DNA from: Hemiscyllium ocellatum
Lineage: Eukaryota
Length of the DNA: 64,000 nucleotides
Direction: 5' to 3'
Assembly: GCF_020745735.1 (NCBI RefSeq)
Contig: NC_083409.1
Location: forward strand, 5,693,534 to 5,757,533
The position numbers and the translations under genes were made by a program. Of the stretch, positions 36,597 through 49,549 are shown in pieces. The first letter of the stretch is position 1; every line of letters begins with the position of its first letter. The notes below the pieces were generated by a model, which worked only from the letters and a program-made list of their open reading frames with translations, did no database searches and was not told where the DNA came from.

Positions 36597-37869
36597 GAGA
36601 GTCATTGATGTGAACTGCAGTGTATGAGGCCATTTGGCCCATTGTGTCTGTGTTAGTAAACATAGATCTGATGACACTAATCCCATCCTCCAGGTCATGG
36701 CCCATTACCCTGGAGGCTACAGCAACACAAGGAAATATCTAAACACTGCAACAATGTCACGAGAGTTTGTGACTCAGGCCGTGAGTTCCAGACTCCCACC
36801 ACCCTCTGGGTGAAAACATTTCTCCTCAACTCTCTTCTCACTCTCCAACTCGACTGGGTCTAGACTCATTCAAGTTTAGAAGAGTGAGAGGGAATCTGAT
36901 TGAAATGTATAAAATTCTAACAGGGCAGGGCAGAGAGGAGGTTTCCCTTAGTTGGCGAGTCTGGAACCAGGGGACCCAGTCTCAGGAGGATACAGGGTAG
37001 ACCATTTAGGACTGAGATGAGGAAACATTTCTTCACTCAGAGGGTGGTCAACCTGTGGATTTTCCACCACTGAATATATTCAAGAAAAAGAGAGAGATGA
37101 TTGTTTTGCATTTTAACAGCATGAAAGGAATGGGGAGAAAGCAGGAATATGGCTTTGAGAGAAAGGGTCAGCCATGATAATACTGAATGACAGAGCCGAC
37201 TCAAAGGGCCGAATGGCCTGCTGCAACTCTGAGTTTCTGTGTGTCCATGTCTGTGCTACCTTCAATCTCTGCCCCTGGTTATGGAGTCCTTTACTCATGT
37301 AAAACGTGCCTTCCTACCCACCCTATCACTGCCCCAAATAATCTTCTACCCCTGTATCAGGTCCCTTCTCAGCCTTCACTGCTCCAAGGAAAAACAACCC
37401 CAACCATTCTATTCTTATCTCAAAGCTCACAATGACGCAGCATCCTTGGAAATCTGCCCATACCCTCTAAAGTACAATGACATCCTTGCCAGAATATGGT
37501 GACCAGGACCTGCCCTCTTCTCTCTCTCTCTCTTTTTCTCTATCTGCCTCTCTACCTCCCTTTCTGACTCATACTTCACATGTCTTTCTCTCTACCTCTA
37601 TCTCTCTCTCCCCCACTGTTAATCTCTTTCATAATCACTTTCTCTATCTCAAAGTTACTCCCTCCAACCCACTCACAGTTCCTCACACCGTCTCATAATC
37701 TCTGTTTCTGCATCTTTATCTGTCTCCGTCACTCACTCAATCTCTCGCTATAATTGAACGAATTCAAATGTTATCTGCCCCTCTCTATTCCTCCCTCTGT
37801 TTCTCTGCCACCCTCTCTGCATCCCAATCTACAGTCTCCCTCCCTCCCTCTCTGGCATTCTGTCTCTAA

Positions 37870-38059
37870 NNNNNNNNNNNNNNNNNNNNNNNNNNNNNNN
37901 NNNNNNNNNNNNNNNNNNNNNNNNNNNNNNNNNNNNNNNNNNNNNNNNNNNNNNNNNNNNNNNNNNNNNNNNNNNNNNNNNNNNNNNNNNNNNNNNNNNN
38001 NNNNNNNNNNNNNNNNNNNNNNNNNNNNNNNNNNNNNNNNNNNNNNNNNNNNNNNNNNN
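37870..38059. other. Assembly gap (190 N)
   Basis: N run, preceded by a CT-rich low-complexity tract at about 37520-37869. Confidence 0.99.
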
Positions 38060-38679
38060 TTTCTGACAGTATCCAGGGTAGTGTCAATTGAATGAAAGAT
38101 AAATCTCCCTCTGCGCTGCACCACTAACGGGCATTAACCCTTGACCACAGAAGCATGTATTTTCCTGGAGTAACTCCCCATTTCCCACAATGACCAGGAT
38201 TTGGCCTCGCTCAGGAAGATGGACGAATTCTTGTCAAAAGAAAGGCAATTCTATGCTTTTGGCCGATTCTCACTGGGGACTGGTTTGGACACAAAGGTCA
38301 TTCGATGAAGGCCCAGCAGAGAGAGGATATCCTCAGGCCATCTGTGTGAGCTGGAGAGACAGGACAGATTCTTACCCACTGACCCTTCCTGTACATTCAC
38401 AACATGCTCCAATCCTTTTCCCTTTCCTTCCACTTCCATGGTGAGTCTCTGAGTCAGGCTCTTTTACTGGGATGAGGGTGGACAATCACACAGTTACAAC
38501 AGAAAGGAACTGAACCCCATACCCAATGGCGACCAGTAAACATGGGCCTCCTTCCTGCTGGAACCTCTAAACAGAGACCAGTAAACATGGATCTCCTTCT
38601 GACTGGATCCTCGAAGAGAGACCAGTAAACATGGGCCTTCTATTCACTGGAATTTCCGATGGAGACGAATAGATGACTG

Positions 38680-39870
38680 AGTTTCTGAAGAAGTAATCAC
38701 GGAGATAGATAAAGGTAGAGCAGTACACTTTGTTTGCATGGACTTTAGAAAAGCCTTAGACAAGGTTCCCCATGGTAGACTGCTTAGTCAGATTATATTA
38801 CATCGGATCTAGGGAGAGCTCGCCAATTGGATATAAAATTGGCCTGATGATAGGACGCAGAGGCTGGTGAGAGAGGGTTGTTCTTCAGACTGGAGGCCGG
38901 CGACCATCCGTCTGCCAGAAGAATCGATGCTAGATCCACTGTTGTTCATCATTTATGTGAACAATTTGGATGAGAAAATAGCAGGAATTGTCAGGAGGTT
39001 TGTGGGTGACATTAAAGTTGTTGGCATCGTGGACAGGAAAGAAGGTTATCCAAAAATGCAATGTCATCTTGATCAATTGGGCCAGTGGGTCAACAAATCC
39101 AGATGGAAATTTTGATAAATGGAAGGAGTTGCATTTTGTTAAGACAAACCAGTGCAGGAATTATACAATTAATGGTAGAACCAAGGGGAGTGTTGTTGAA
39201 CAGAGACTGAGGGGTAGAGGTACATAGCTCCTTGAAAGTGGTATCTCAGATAGACAGGATGGTGAGGAGGGTATTTGGCACGCTCACCTTCACTGGGACA
39301 TCATGTTACAGCTGTACAAGGCATTGGGAAGGCCACATTTGGATACTGTGTACATTTATGCTCACCCTGCAATAGGAAGGAAATTAAAACACTGGTTTGG
39401 GTAAAGGAAAGATTAATTGGAAGGTTTGAATGATCAGGCAAGGATGGATGGGCTGAGATACTTTCCAGGGAATGCAGGATATTGAGGGGTGACCTTGTAA
39501 AGGTTTATATAACCATGAGGGTCATGGGTAAGGTGAATAAGTAAAGTCTTTTCCCCAGTGTAGGGGAGTTCAGTACGAGAAGGAATAGATTTCAGTCGAG
39601 AGAGGAAAGAATTAGAAGGGGCCTGAGAGACAACCTTTTCACACAGAGGTTGGTGTGTATGTGTAATGAGCTGCCACAGGAAGTGGTAGAGGGGAGTACA
39701 ATTACTACATTTCAAGGACATTTTTACAGGAACAAGGATAGGAAGGATTTAGAGAGGATTGGGCCAAACACAGGCAAATGGGACTAGTTCAGTTTTGGAA
39801 ACTTAGTCAGCATGGATGAGTAGAGCTGAAGAGTCTGATGCCATGCTGCAAACCTCTATGATTCTATGAT
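38680..39870 (+). mobile_element. CR1/HER1 RT 3' fragment
   Basis: MLDPLLFIIYVNNLDE, RRFVGDIKV; inserted between the minisatellite blocks. Confidence 0.82.
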
Positions 39871-40879
39871 AATGTATACATGGACCACCTTCCCATAGGA
39901 CCAGTCAACATGGGCCTCCTTCCCACTGGATTGTCCAGTATCTGAGCTGCAAAACCGACATTGTGCCCACCACATATGTCTATTATTTCAATCTCAATCA
40001 CATTGACTGTCCTCTGCACAGAAACCCTAATTCCACCTCCTAACTCTATGATTCCAATGTCCTCTCCGAGCTTCCTAAATCCACATTCCATAAATGCCAG
40101 CTTGTCTGATATAGGGTGGTATCTTTCCTGTTTTACCATGTGCTGTTCCAGAATGACCTCCGACCTCACTGCCAGCCAATTGCCTCCATGGCCTCCCTCC
40201 TCCCTCAGTCTGTGTCCTGCTGCAGACTCACATTACCTCCCTTCCCCTTCCATCTTCTGTCTCTGGTTTCCTGCCCATTGCTGCTTCCTCCATTCTATCA
40301 CTGACAGCAGAGCCTTCAGACCCCAACTGCGTGCTCTCTGACCTCCTTCCCTTCATCCAAACCCCTCTCGATCGCTGTGCTGTTCGCTTCCATCACTTTT
40401 TGTTCACTGTTGCTTTGCCATTGATTTGCTGACTTATTCTGGTAAATCTAGTCTGGCCTGTTCCCTGAGTTAGCTCAAGAGCGTTTTGCTTGAGAAAACA
40501 CTCTTCTGTAAACTGGGTTGTCTGTTTCTCCCAGTCTTTATGTAAAGGTTAGTCTAAGTCTGCGTCAGCTCTTATACAACACAGACAGAAGTCAATGGGC
40601 CGATTGTGACAGTCAAATTAGTTCAATTAGTCCCATTTACCTAGCCCTTCTTGTAGAACCCTGCAATTATATCCTTTTCAGCTATTTCGCCAAAGGCCCT
40701 TTTGAAAGTTGCTGTTAAATCCAAACCCCTTGCAGACCGTCATCATGAACTCGCTGGATAAAAATGTTCCTATCTTCTCGCCTGTTCTTTCGACTCTTTC
40801 TGAAATGTGCGTCCTCTGGTTACTGATCTTCCTGACTGTAGAAACAATTTGTCCTGTATTTATTACATCCAAACTCTCT

Positions 40880-41700
40880 AATTATGAACCCCTCATTGAG
40901 TGAGACCTATTTCCAACACAGGGGGGAGAACATTCAGCCTGTCAGGGAAATGCTGTCATTTCATGGAGCAATCAAGTCAGCCCCACCCCCTCCACGACTC
41001 GACCCCCAGAATCATGCAGGTTTATTTCCATCAAGAGCCAATCCAATCTGCCATTGCAATAACTGAGTGTCTTCACCTACCTCACCTGAATGGGCACTGA
41101 TTTCCAAGTCATTACCAATTGCTGCTAAAAAGAAAGTTCTTCCTGATATCCCATATCTCTTGCCCAACAAAATGCAAGGCAATCTCAATGTGAAGATGGG
41201 ATTTTGTCTCCACACGGACTGTGCGGTGGTCACTCTTACTGATACTGTCATGCACAGACACACCAGCAGAAGGCAGATTGGTGAGGGTGATAGTGAGTAT
41301 GTTTTTCCTTCCTGTTGGTTCCCTCACTACCTGCCCCAGGCCCAGTCTAGCAGCTGAATCAGGTGGAACTTGACTAGCTTGCTCAGTAGTGATGCTTCTG
41401 AGCAGTTCTTGAAAGTGGGCTTTCCAGTCCCTTACTCAGAGTATATCCTGCATCCTTCCCATCCGTAGTGCTCCCTCCAAGTGTTGTCCAACATGGAGGA
41501 GGACTGACTGCTCAGTTGAGGTTGGAGGGGAGGGTGGAGATCCGTGGTAATCAGCAGGAGGGTTCCTTCCCCAAGTTTGACCTGCTGTCATGAGGCTTCA
41601 TGGGTTCTATAGTTAATGGTGAGGACTCCCAGGGCAACGCCCTTCCGACTGTACGCACCACTGTGTTGCCACCTCTGCTTGGTCTATCCTGCGAGTTAAA
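40880..41700 (-). mobile_element. Non-LTR retrotransposon AP-endonuclease fragment (CR1/L2-group)
   Basis: REPTGRKNILTITLTNLP...SKSDHRTV: endonuclease C-terminal SDH motif. Confidence 0.65.
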
Positions 41701-43082
41701 AACTGAATGAGGGAACAATTCTGTGCAGGTTTCACAACTTGGAGACAGAGATGCTGCTGGATTGTGTTTTTGATCTCCGAGGGCAGGCGTGTGTGTTTGT
41801 GAGAGAATGACTGACATTTCTTCCATTACTGTGCTGTTTCTGCAAAACAAATCCCAGAACCAGCCTCCATTGCTGTCAGGTTTCAGGGAGTGCAGACAGT
41901 TCACAGTTTTCTCCCGTCTCAGTAACAAACGTCCGGCTGCTCCGAGCTCCTTCTTTCACTTCCTCTCTTGGTGAAGTTTTAACCTTGGGATCTGACAGAC
42001 TTTGCAGTTATTTTCGCCACTGGGTCTTTCTGCTGTGGTCAGAATCTCTAATAATAAGTTTCCAATCAGTGGCAATCACAGCAGCTAAGGGCAGTCAGGA
42101 CTGAGGAGCCAGGCTCACTGTGAAACACGTTGGGAAGATCAAAACCATCCTCTTCAGATTCTTGTATAAACTTCATCCCTCTCCCTGATCACTGTCTGCT
42201 GCTAAATCAGACTCATAACATACTTGGTCACATCTATGTAAATGATCTGAGCTCCAATGCCAATGAAAATCTCAGCCACGTCTGGGACTACAAACATGAC
42301 CATTCCAATGCTGTACTTGCACTCATCACAGTCACAACCCTCCATAATCTTGAGCTCATCCCAAGTTCTGCTGCCCATATCCCAACTTGCACCAAGTCCC
42401 ATTCCCCCAACCTCCTGCACCTCATGTTTACATTGGCTCCTGGTCCAGAAACACTTCAATTTTCACATTCTCATCCTCGTTCTCAAATCCCTCCCTGTCC
42501 TCTACCTTCCTTATCTCTGTGACCTCCTCCTAGCCGCCTCACTGAGTGTGGTTAACACTCTTGGGTATAGGGCTCTCTAATCCTTTATGCACATCATTGA
42601 GAAACATTGTGTATATCTCAGCACAGATCCCTGGGGACGCCACTATTCTCATCTTGCTCATTAGAGGACACACACATTATCCGTCCTCTCTGACTCCTAT
42701 CTCCAAACTAATTCCTGACATAAGACAAATACTTTTCACTAATTGGTTTGATGGGAGAAAGCAGAGGTTAATCGTGGAAAGATGCTTGTCAGACTGGACG
42801 CCTGTGTCTAGTAGAGTGCCTGAGGGCTAGGTGCTGGGCCCATTACTGTTTGTCATGTGTATCAATAATTTGGGCGAGAATCTGTAAGGCATGATTAATA
42901 AGTTTGCAGAAGACATTACAAAAAGTGGTATCATGGAAATTATCAGATATTGTGGCAGGACCTTGATCAGCTGGGGAAGTGGGAAGAGAAATAAAAATTA
43001 AATTTATGTAGATTAATGTGTGGTCTTGAATTTTAGAATATTAAATCAAGTTCGGGCTTTCATTGAGTAAGGCTTAAGGAGT

Positions 43083-43775
43083 AGAACATAGAACATAGAA
43101 TAATACAGCACAGAACAGGCCCTTCGGCCCACGATGTTGTGCCGAACATCTATCCCAGATTAAACACCCATCCATGTACCTATCCAATTGCCGCTTAAAG
43201 GTCGCCAATGATTCTGACTCTACTACTCCCACGGGCAGCGCATTCCATGTCCCCACCACTCTATACCTTCCACCCTTCACCTTAAATTTATGTCCCCTTG
43301 TAAGACTCTGTTGTACCCGGGGAAAAAGTTTCTGACTGTCTACTCTATCTATTCCTCTGATCATCTTATAAACCTCTATCAAGTCACCCCTCATCCTTCG
43401 TCGTTCCAACGAGAAAAGGCCGAGAACTCTCAACCTATCCTCGTACGACCTATTCTCCATTCTAGGCAACATCCTGGTAAATCTTCTCTGCACCCTCTCC
43501 AAAGCTTCCACATCTTTCCGAAAGTGAGGCGACCAGAACTGCACACAGTACTCCAAATGTGGCCTAAACAAAGTCCTGTACAGCTGCAACATCACTTCAC
43601 GACTCTTGAATTCAATCCCTCTGCTAATGAACGCTAATACACCATAAGCCTTCTTACAAGCTCTATCCACCTGAGTGGCAACTTTCAAAGATCTATGTAC
43701 ATAGACCCCAAGATCCCTCTGTTCCTCCACCTGACTAAGAACCCTACCGTTAACCCTGTATTCCGTTGTTGAAAC
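43083..43775 (-). mobile_element. Young 5'-truncated CR1/HER1 inserted antisense into an older CR1 (about 42740-44510, +)
   Basis: Stop-free ORF 43074-43730 (QRDLGVYVHRSLK...HLEYCVQFWSPH...ERVQRRFTRML) and an (AGAACAT)n tail at 43083-43100. Confidence 0.92.
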
Positions 43776-44519
43776 CCTGAGTGTTGTGGAACAGTGGGAT
43801 CTTGTAGTTCAGGTGCACTGTTCCCTGCAAGTTGAGTTACAGTTAGTCAGGGAAGGGAAGAAAGCTTTTGATGTTCTGGCCATTATCAGTCGGGGCACTG
43901 GGTACGGGCGTTGAGAAGTTATGTTGCAGTTGTACAGGACATTGGTGAGGCCGAACCTGGACTATTATGTTCAGTTTTGGTCACATTGTTATAAGAAGGA
44001 TATTATTCAACTGGAAAAAGTGCAGAAGAAATTTACAAGGATGTTGCCAAGTTTCAATGTCTGAGTATTTGGGAGAGGTTGGAGAAGCTAGGACATTTTT
44101 CTTAGAGTGTAGGAGGCTGAAGGGTAATCCTTTAAAAGTGTACAAGACCATGAGAGACAGGGATAAGGTGAATGCACCCAGCCTTTTTCCCAGGGTTGGT
44201 GAATCGAGAGCGATAGGGTAACAGTTTAAGGTCAGAGGGGAAAGAGAAAAAGGGAACCTGAGTGGCTACATTTTTACACAGAGGATGGTACACATATGGA
44301 GTGAGCTGCTAGTCGAAGTGATTGAGGCGGGTGCATTAGCAACATTTAAAAGGCATTTGGACAAATACATAGTTAGGTAAACTTTTGAAGAATATGGGCC
44401 AAGTGAAGGGAAATAGGGTTGGTGTGGAGGGACATTTTGGTCAGCACGGACAATTTTGGGCCAAAGGGCCTGTCTCTGTGCTGTAGGACTCGATGACTCT
44501 ATGACTCTATAACTTCATA

Positions 44520-47500
44520 TGTTTCTATTTTTATGAAAAGTCTCTCAAACATAGAAGCGAAGGAACTAGGAGCAGGAGGAGGCCATTTAGCACTTCGAGT
44601 GGGCTCTGCCATTCAATAAGACAATGGCTTATCATCCAACTTAGTCCTCTTTTCCCACTTTCTCCCCCTAACCTTTAGTCCCTTTTGTCCTAAGGACGAT
44701 ACCTATCTCCTTCTTGAAACTATTTAATTTTTTGGTCTCAACTGCTTTCTGTGACAGGATATTCCACTAGCTTCCCAGTCTCTGTCTAAGGAAATGTCTC
44801 CTCATCTCAGTCTGAAATAGCCTTTCCCATTTCTTTGAACTGTAATTCCTGGTTCTGGATTCCCCAGTCATCAGGACCATCCTTCCTGCGTTTTTCCGGT
44901 CTTGCCCTGTTAGGACTTTACAGATTTCAAAGTGATTCCTCCCAATCTTCTTATCTCTAGTGATTATAGTTCTTACCAATCCAGTTTCTCATCAGAGCTA
45001 AGTGCTGTCCTCCCAGGAATCAGTCTGGTAAACCTTCGCTGCCCTCCCTCCACATCCAGAACATCCTTCCTCAGATAAAGAGACCAAAACTGCACACAAT
45101 AGAATCATAAAATCACAGAATACAGAAGAGGCCCTTCAGCCCATTAACTATGTACCAGCCAAACTACACTAAACCTCCACCAGTCTAACTTTCCAACATG
45201 AGGCCCATAGATTGAATGTTATGACATTTCAACTGCTCATCCAAGTACTTTTTAAATTTTGTGAGGCTTCCCAATTCAACTACCCTCCCAGGCTGTGCAT
45301 TCCAGACCCACACCACCCTCTGGATAAAAAAAATCTTGAAACCTCTTATCTTTCTCATTGCATGTGAGCCAACTTGTTATTGACCCTCCCACGAAGGAGA
45401 ACAGCTGCTTCCTTTCCACGCTATCCATTCCCCTCATAACCTTATACACCTCGATCAGGTCCCCGCTCCACCTTCTCATCTCTGAAGAAAACAACCCGAG
45501 CTGATCCAATTTCTCTTCATCACTGAAAGGTTCCATCCCACACAACATCCTAGTGATGCCCCTCGGCACTTCATCCAGTGCAATCACATCCTTCCTACAG
45601 TGTGGTCCAGTACTCCAGCTGTGGCCAAACAAATGTTCTGCTTAACTGCAAGATATCCTCCTGCTTTTATAACCAATACCTGAAACGATAAAGGAAAATG
45701 TCCCATATGCCTTCATAACTGCTCTGTTAACCTGCCTTGCCACATTCAGGAATCAGCGGACAAGTACACAGAGATCGCTCTGTTCATCTGAGTTTCCTCA
45801 GTTCAAAGATCAAAGAACAAAGAAAATTGCAGCATAGCAACAGGGCCTTCGGCCCTACAAGCCTCCGCCAATCCAGATCCTCTATCTAAGCCTGAGACCT
45901 ATTTCCCAAGTATCTGTATCCCTTTGCTCCACGCGCATTTATGTATCTGTCTAGGTACATCTTAATTGAGGTTGTCATGCCTATCTATATCATCTCCACT
46001 GGCAACATATTCCAGGAATACACCACCTTCTGCGTAATCAACTTTCCATGCATATCTCCCTTAAACTTTCCCCCCCTCACCTTGAACACATGACCTCTGG
46101 TAATTGAGTCCGCATCCTGGGGAAAAGCTTCTTGCTATCCATCATGTCCACACCTCTCACGGTTTTGTCGACCTCAATCTGCCCCCATCTTCATATTTCC
46201 AATGAAAATAATCCTAATCTACTCAACCTCTCTTTATAACTAATACCCTCCATATCTCAATGCTGATGAACCTCCTTTGCACACTCTCCCAAGTACGCAC
46301 AATCTTCTGATAAAGAGGTGACCGGAATTCTACGCACTTTTCTAAATGTGGCGTAACCAAAGTCCGATACAATTTTAACATGACTTCCAACTCTTTTACT
46401 CAGTACCCTGTACGATGAAGGAAAATATGTTGTCTACCTTTTTAACCACTCTATTGCCTTGCATTGCCACCTTCAGGCCAAATGGACCTGAACACCCAGA
46501 CCCCTCTGTACATAATTTTCCCCCAGGGCTTTTCATTTACCATATAGTTCACTCTGGTATTGCATTTTCCAAAATTCATCACCGCACATTTGATCAGATT
46601 GAACTCCATCTGTCTATTTCTCCGCCCAATTCTCCAATATTCTGCTGTATTCTCTGACAAACCCCTGCACTACCGGCTATTTCACCAATCTTAGTAACAT
46701 CTGCAAACTTAATACTCACTCAACCTACGCTTTCCTCCAAATCATTTGTGCATGTCACAAATAAGAGTGATCCCAGCACAGATCCCTGTGGAACACAACT
46801 GGTCACAGTTCTCCATTTTGAGAAACTCCCTTCCACTATTACTCTCTGTCTCCTGTTGCCCAGCCTGTTCTCTATCCATGCAGCTAGAACACCCTGGTCC
46901 CCAAGTGACTTCATTTTTTTTTCGTCGGGCTACCATGGGGAACCTGATCAAACATCTTACTGAATTCCATGTATATGACATCTACAGCCCTCCCCCATCA
47001 ATCAATTTTGTCATTTCTTCAAAGAATTTTATTGCATTGGTCAGACATGACATTCCCTGCATAAAATCATGCTGCCTATCACTGATAAGTCTAGTTTTTT
47101 CCAAATGTAAGGAGATCCTATCCCTCAGTATCTTCTCCAGCAGCTCCCTTACCACTGACGTCAGGTTCACTGGTCTATAATTACCTGGATTATCCTGACT
47201 GCACTTCTTAAACAAGGGAACAACATAAGAAATTCTCCAGTTGTCTGGGACCTCACCCGTGTTCAAGTTTGCGACAACGCCCTCCCAGCTACTTCCTCTC
47301 TTATTCCCCTCAGATAACTGGGATAGCTCCCATCTGGACCTGGGGACTTGTCCACCTTAATGCCTTTTTGAACACCCAAAACTTCTTTCTTCCCTGTGTT
47401 GACTTGATCCAGAATAATCAAACATCAATCCCTAACCTCAACATTCATCATTTCCCTCTCCTGGGTGAATACCAACACAAAGTACTCATTAAGAATCTCA

Positions 47501-48830
47501 CCCATTTTCTCTGACTCCATGCCTAACTTTCCTCCTTTGATCTTGAGTGGGCCAATCCTTTCTCTCGTCACCACCTTGCTCCTTATATACGAATAAAAGC
47601 CTTTGGGATTGTCTTTAACCCTGTTTGGTAATTATATTTCATGACCTCTTATAGTCCCTTTGATTTTCCATTTCAGATTAGTCCTACTTTCCTGATAGTT
47701 TTCCAAAGACTCATCTGTTGTCAACCATTTAGACCTTATGTATGCATTCTATTTCTACTTGGCCAGTCTCACAGTTTCACATGTTATCGAGGGTTCCCTA
47801 ATCTTGCCATTTCAATCCCTCAGTTTCACAGGGACATGTCTGTCCTGCACTCTAATCAATCTCTTTTATTTAAACGCCTCCTACATATCAAATGTGGATT
47901 TACCTTCAGACTGCGGCTCCCAATCTACATTCCCTATCTCCTGCCGAATTTTACGAGAGTTGGCCTTCCCCCAGTTTAGCCCTCTTCATTTCGGACCACT
48001 CTCGCCTTTGCCCATGAGCATTCTAAAAGCTATGAAATTATGATCAGAGTTCCCAAAATAATCCCCGACTGAGATTTCAACCACCTGGCTGGTCTCATTC
48101 CAATACAAGTATCCAGTATGACCCGTTCCTGAGCTGGACTATTTACATATGTCTCCATAAAACTCTTCTGGATGCTCCTTACAAATTCTGCTCCATCTAA
48201 ACATTTTGCTCCCAGTGAGGCCCAGTCAATGTTGACAAAGGTAAAATCTCACATCACCACCACCCTGTTGCTCCTACATCTTTCCATAATCTGGTTCCAA
48301 ATTTGTACCTCTATCCCGCGCTCGCTGTTGGGAGGCCTGTAGTACAGCCCCAACATTGTTATTGCATACTTCCTATTTCTGAGCTCTGCCTATATTGTCT
48401 CACGGCTCGAGACCTCCATCGTGCCCTCCTTCAGTACACCTCCTTCAGCTGTGATATCTTCTCTGACCAGTAATGCAACTCCTCCATCCCTTTTACCTCC
48501 CTCTCTTTATCCGCCTGATGCATTTATAACCTGGGATGTTTAGTTGCCAATCTTGCCCTTCCCTCAACCAAGTCTCAGTCATAGTAATAACATCATACTC
48601 CCATATACTAATCCAAGTCCTCAGTTCCTCTGCCTTACCTACTACACTTCTTGCATTAAAACAAATGCACCTCAGACCACCTGTTTCTCTGCATTCCTCA
48701 TCTGCTCCCTGCCTATTCTTCCTCTTAATCACACTGACTTCATTATCTAGTTCCTTACAGGCTTTAATTACTACCTTCTTCCTGCCCACTAATCTCCTCA
48801 TTTTGTTCCCATTCGCCTGACAGATGTGAA
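44520..48830 (-). mobile_element. Stack of CR1/HER1 fragments, including a long EN-RT copy (about 46400-48830)
   Basis: CICFNARSVVGKAEEL...ETWLREGQDWQLNIPGY; PGNYRPVNLTSVV; [12 protein letters not shown]. Confidence 0.88.
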
Positions 48831-49549
48831 AGACAGCATTAGGATTTGTTAGATTCATCAAAGGCAAAGTGCCAATTTCTAACTAGAGTGATAATCATGA
48901 TGCTAGCCAACTATTACCATCCCAAATGCTGGTATTATTGGACAACACAGATCTCAGACTGCAATGCAAACAGAAACAGCTGAAGAAATGCAATTGGTCT
49001 GCAGCATCTTTGGGGCATAAGCACACAATGCTGATGATTTAGATTTAGTAATTAGTCCTCCTTACAGAATCCAAATGAAGATAAAATAAAACATACTGAC
49101 AGAAAACACAAATGCAAAATATGGAGCTCTCAGCCTCATGGAAGCTCCTCACCGACACCAGCTGCTGCTCAAGCTCCGAAACCTGGAGCTCCAACTGCTG
49201 TCACTGACTCATGGTATTCCAGGAGCTGGAAAGCATCCTGAAGTTCCCACATGGAACAAGATAAGCCTCTTTCCATTCCCTGATTACCTCTTGGCAAAGT
49301 TCTGATGACAAACAGCTCCAGCAGGGCTCACCATCCAGTGCTTTCAGTGTTCTTGGGTTTTGCAGAGTCTCTTAAAACAACATCAAAATTTGACCATTCA
49401 CCCCATCAGGTCTGCTGTGCCATTTGGTCATGGCTGATGTGTTTCTCAAGACCATTGTCTTGCCTTCTTCCCATTATGTTTGATTGCCAGTCAAAGACCT
49501 ATCAAAACCTGCCCTAAATACACTCAATGACTTCACCATCAGAGCAACG

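Noticed and set aside
36294-36705. ORFs with ER/SL dipeptide runs
   Set aside because: Translation of the (CT)n microsatellite; only the 49-nt leader is real.
37754-38124. ORFs spanning X residues
   Set aside because: Artefact of the N gap.
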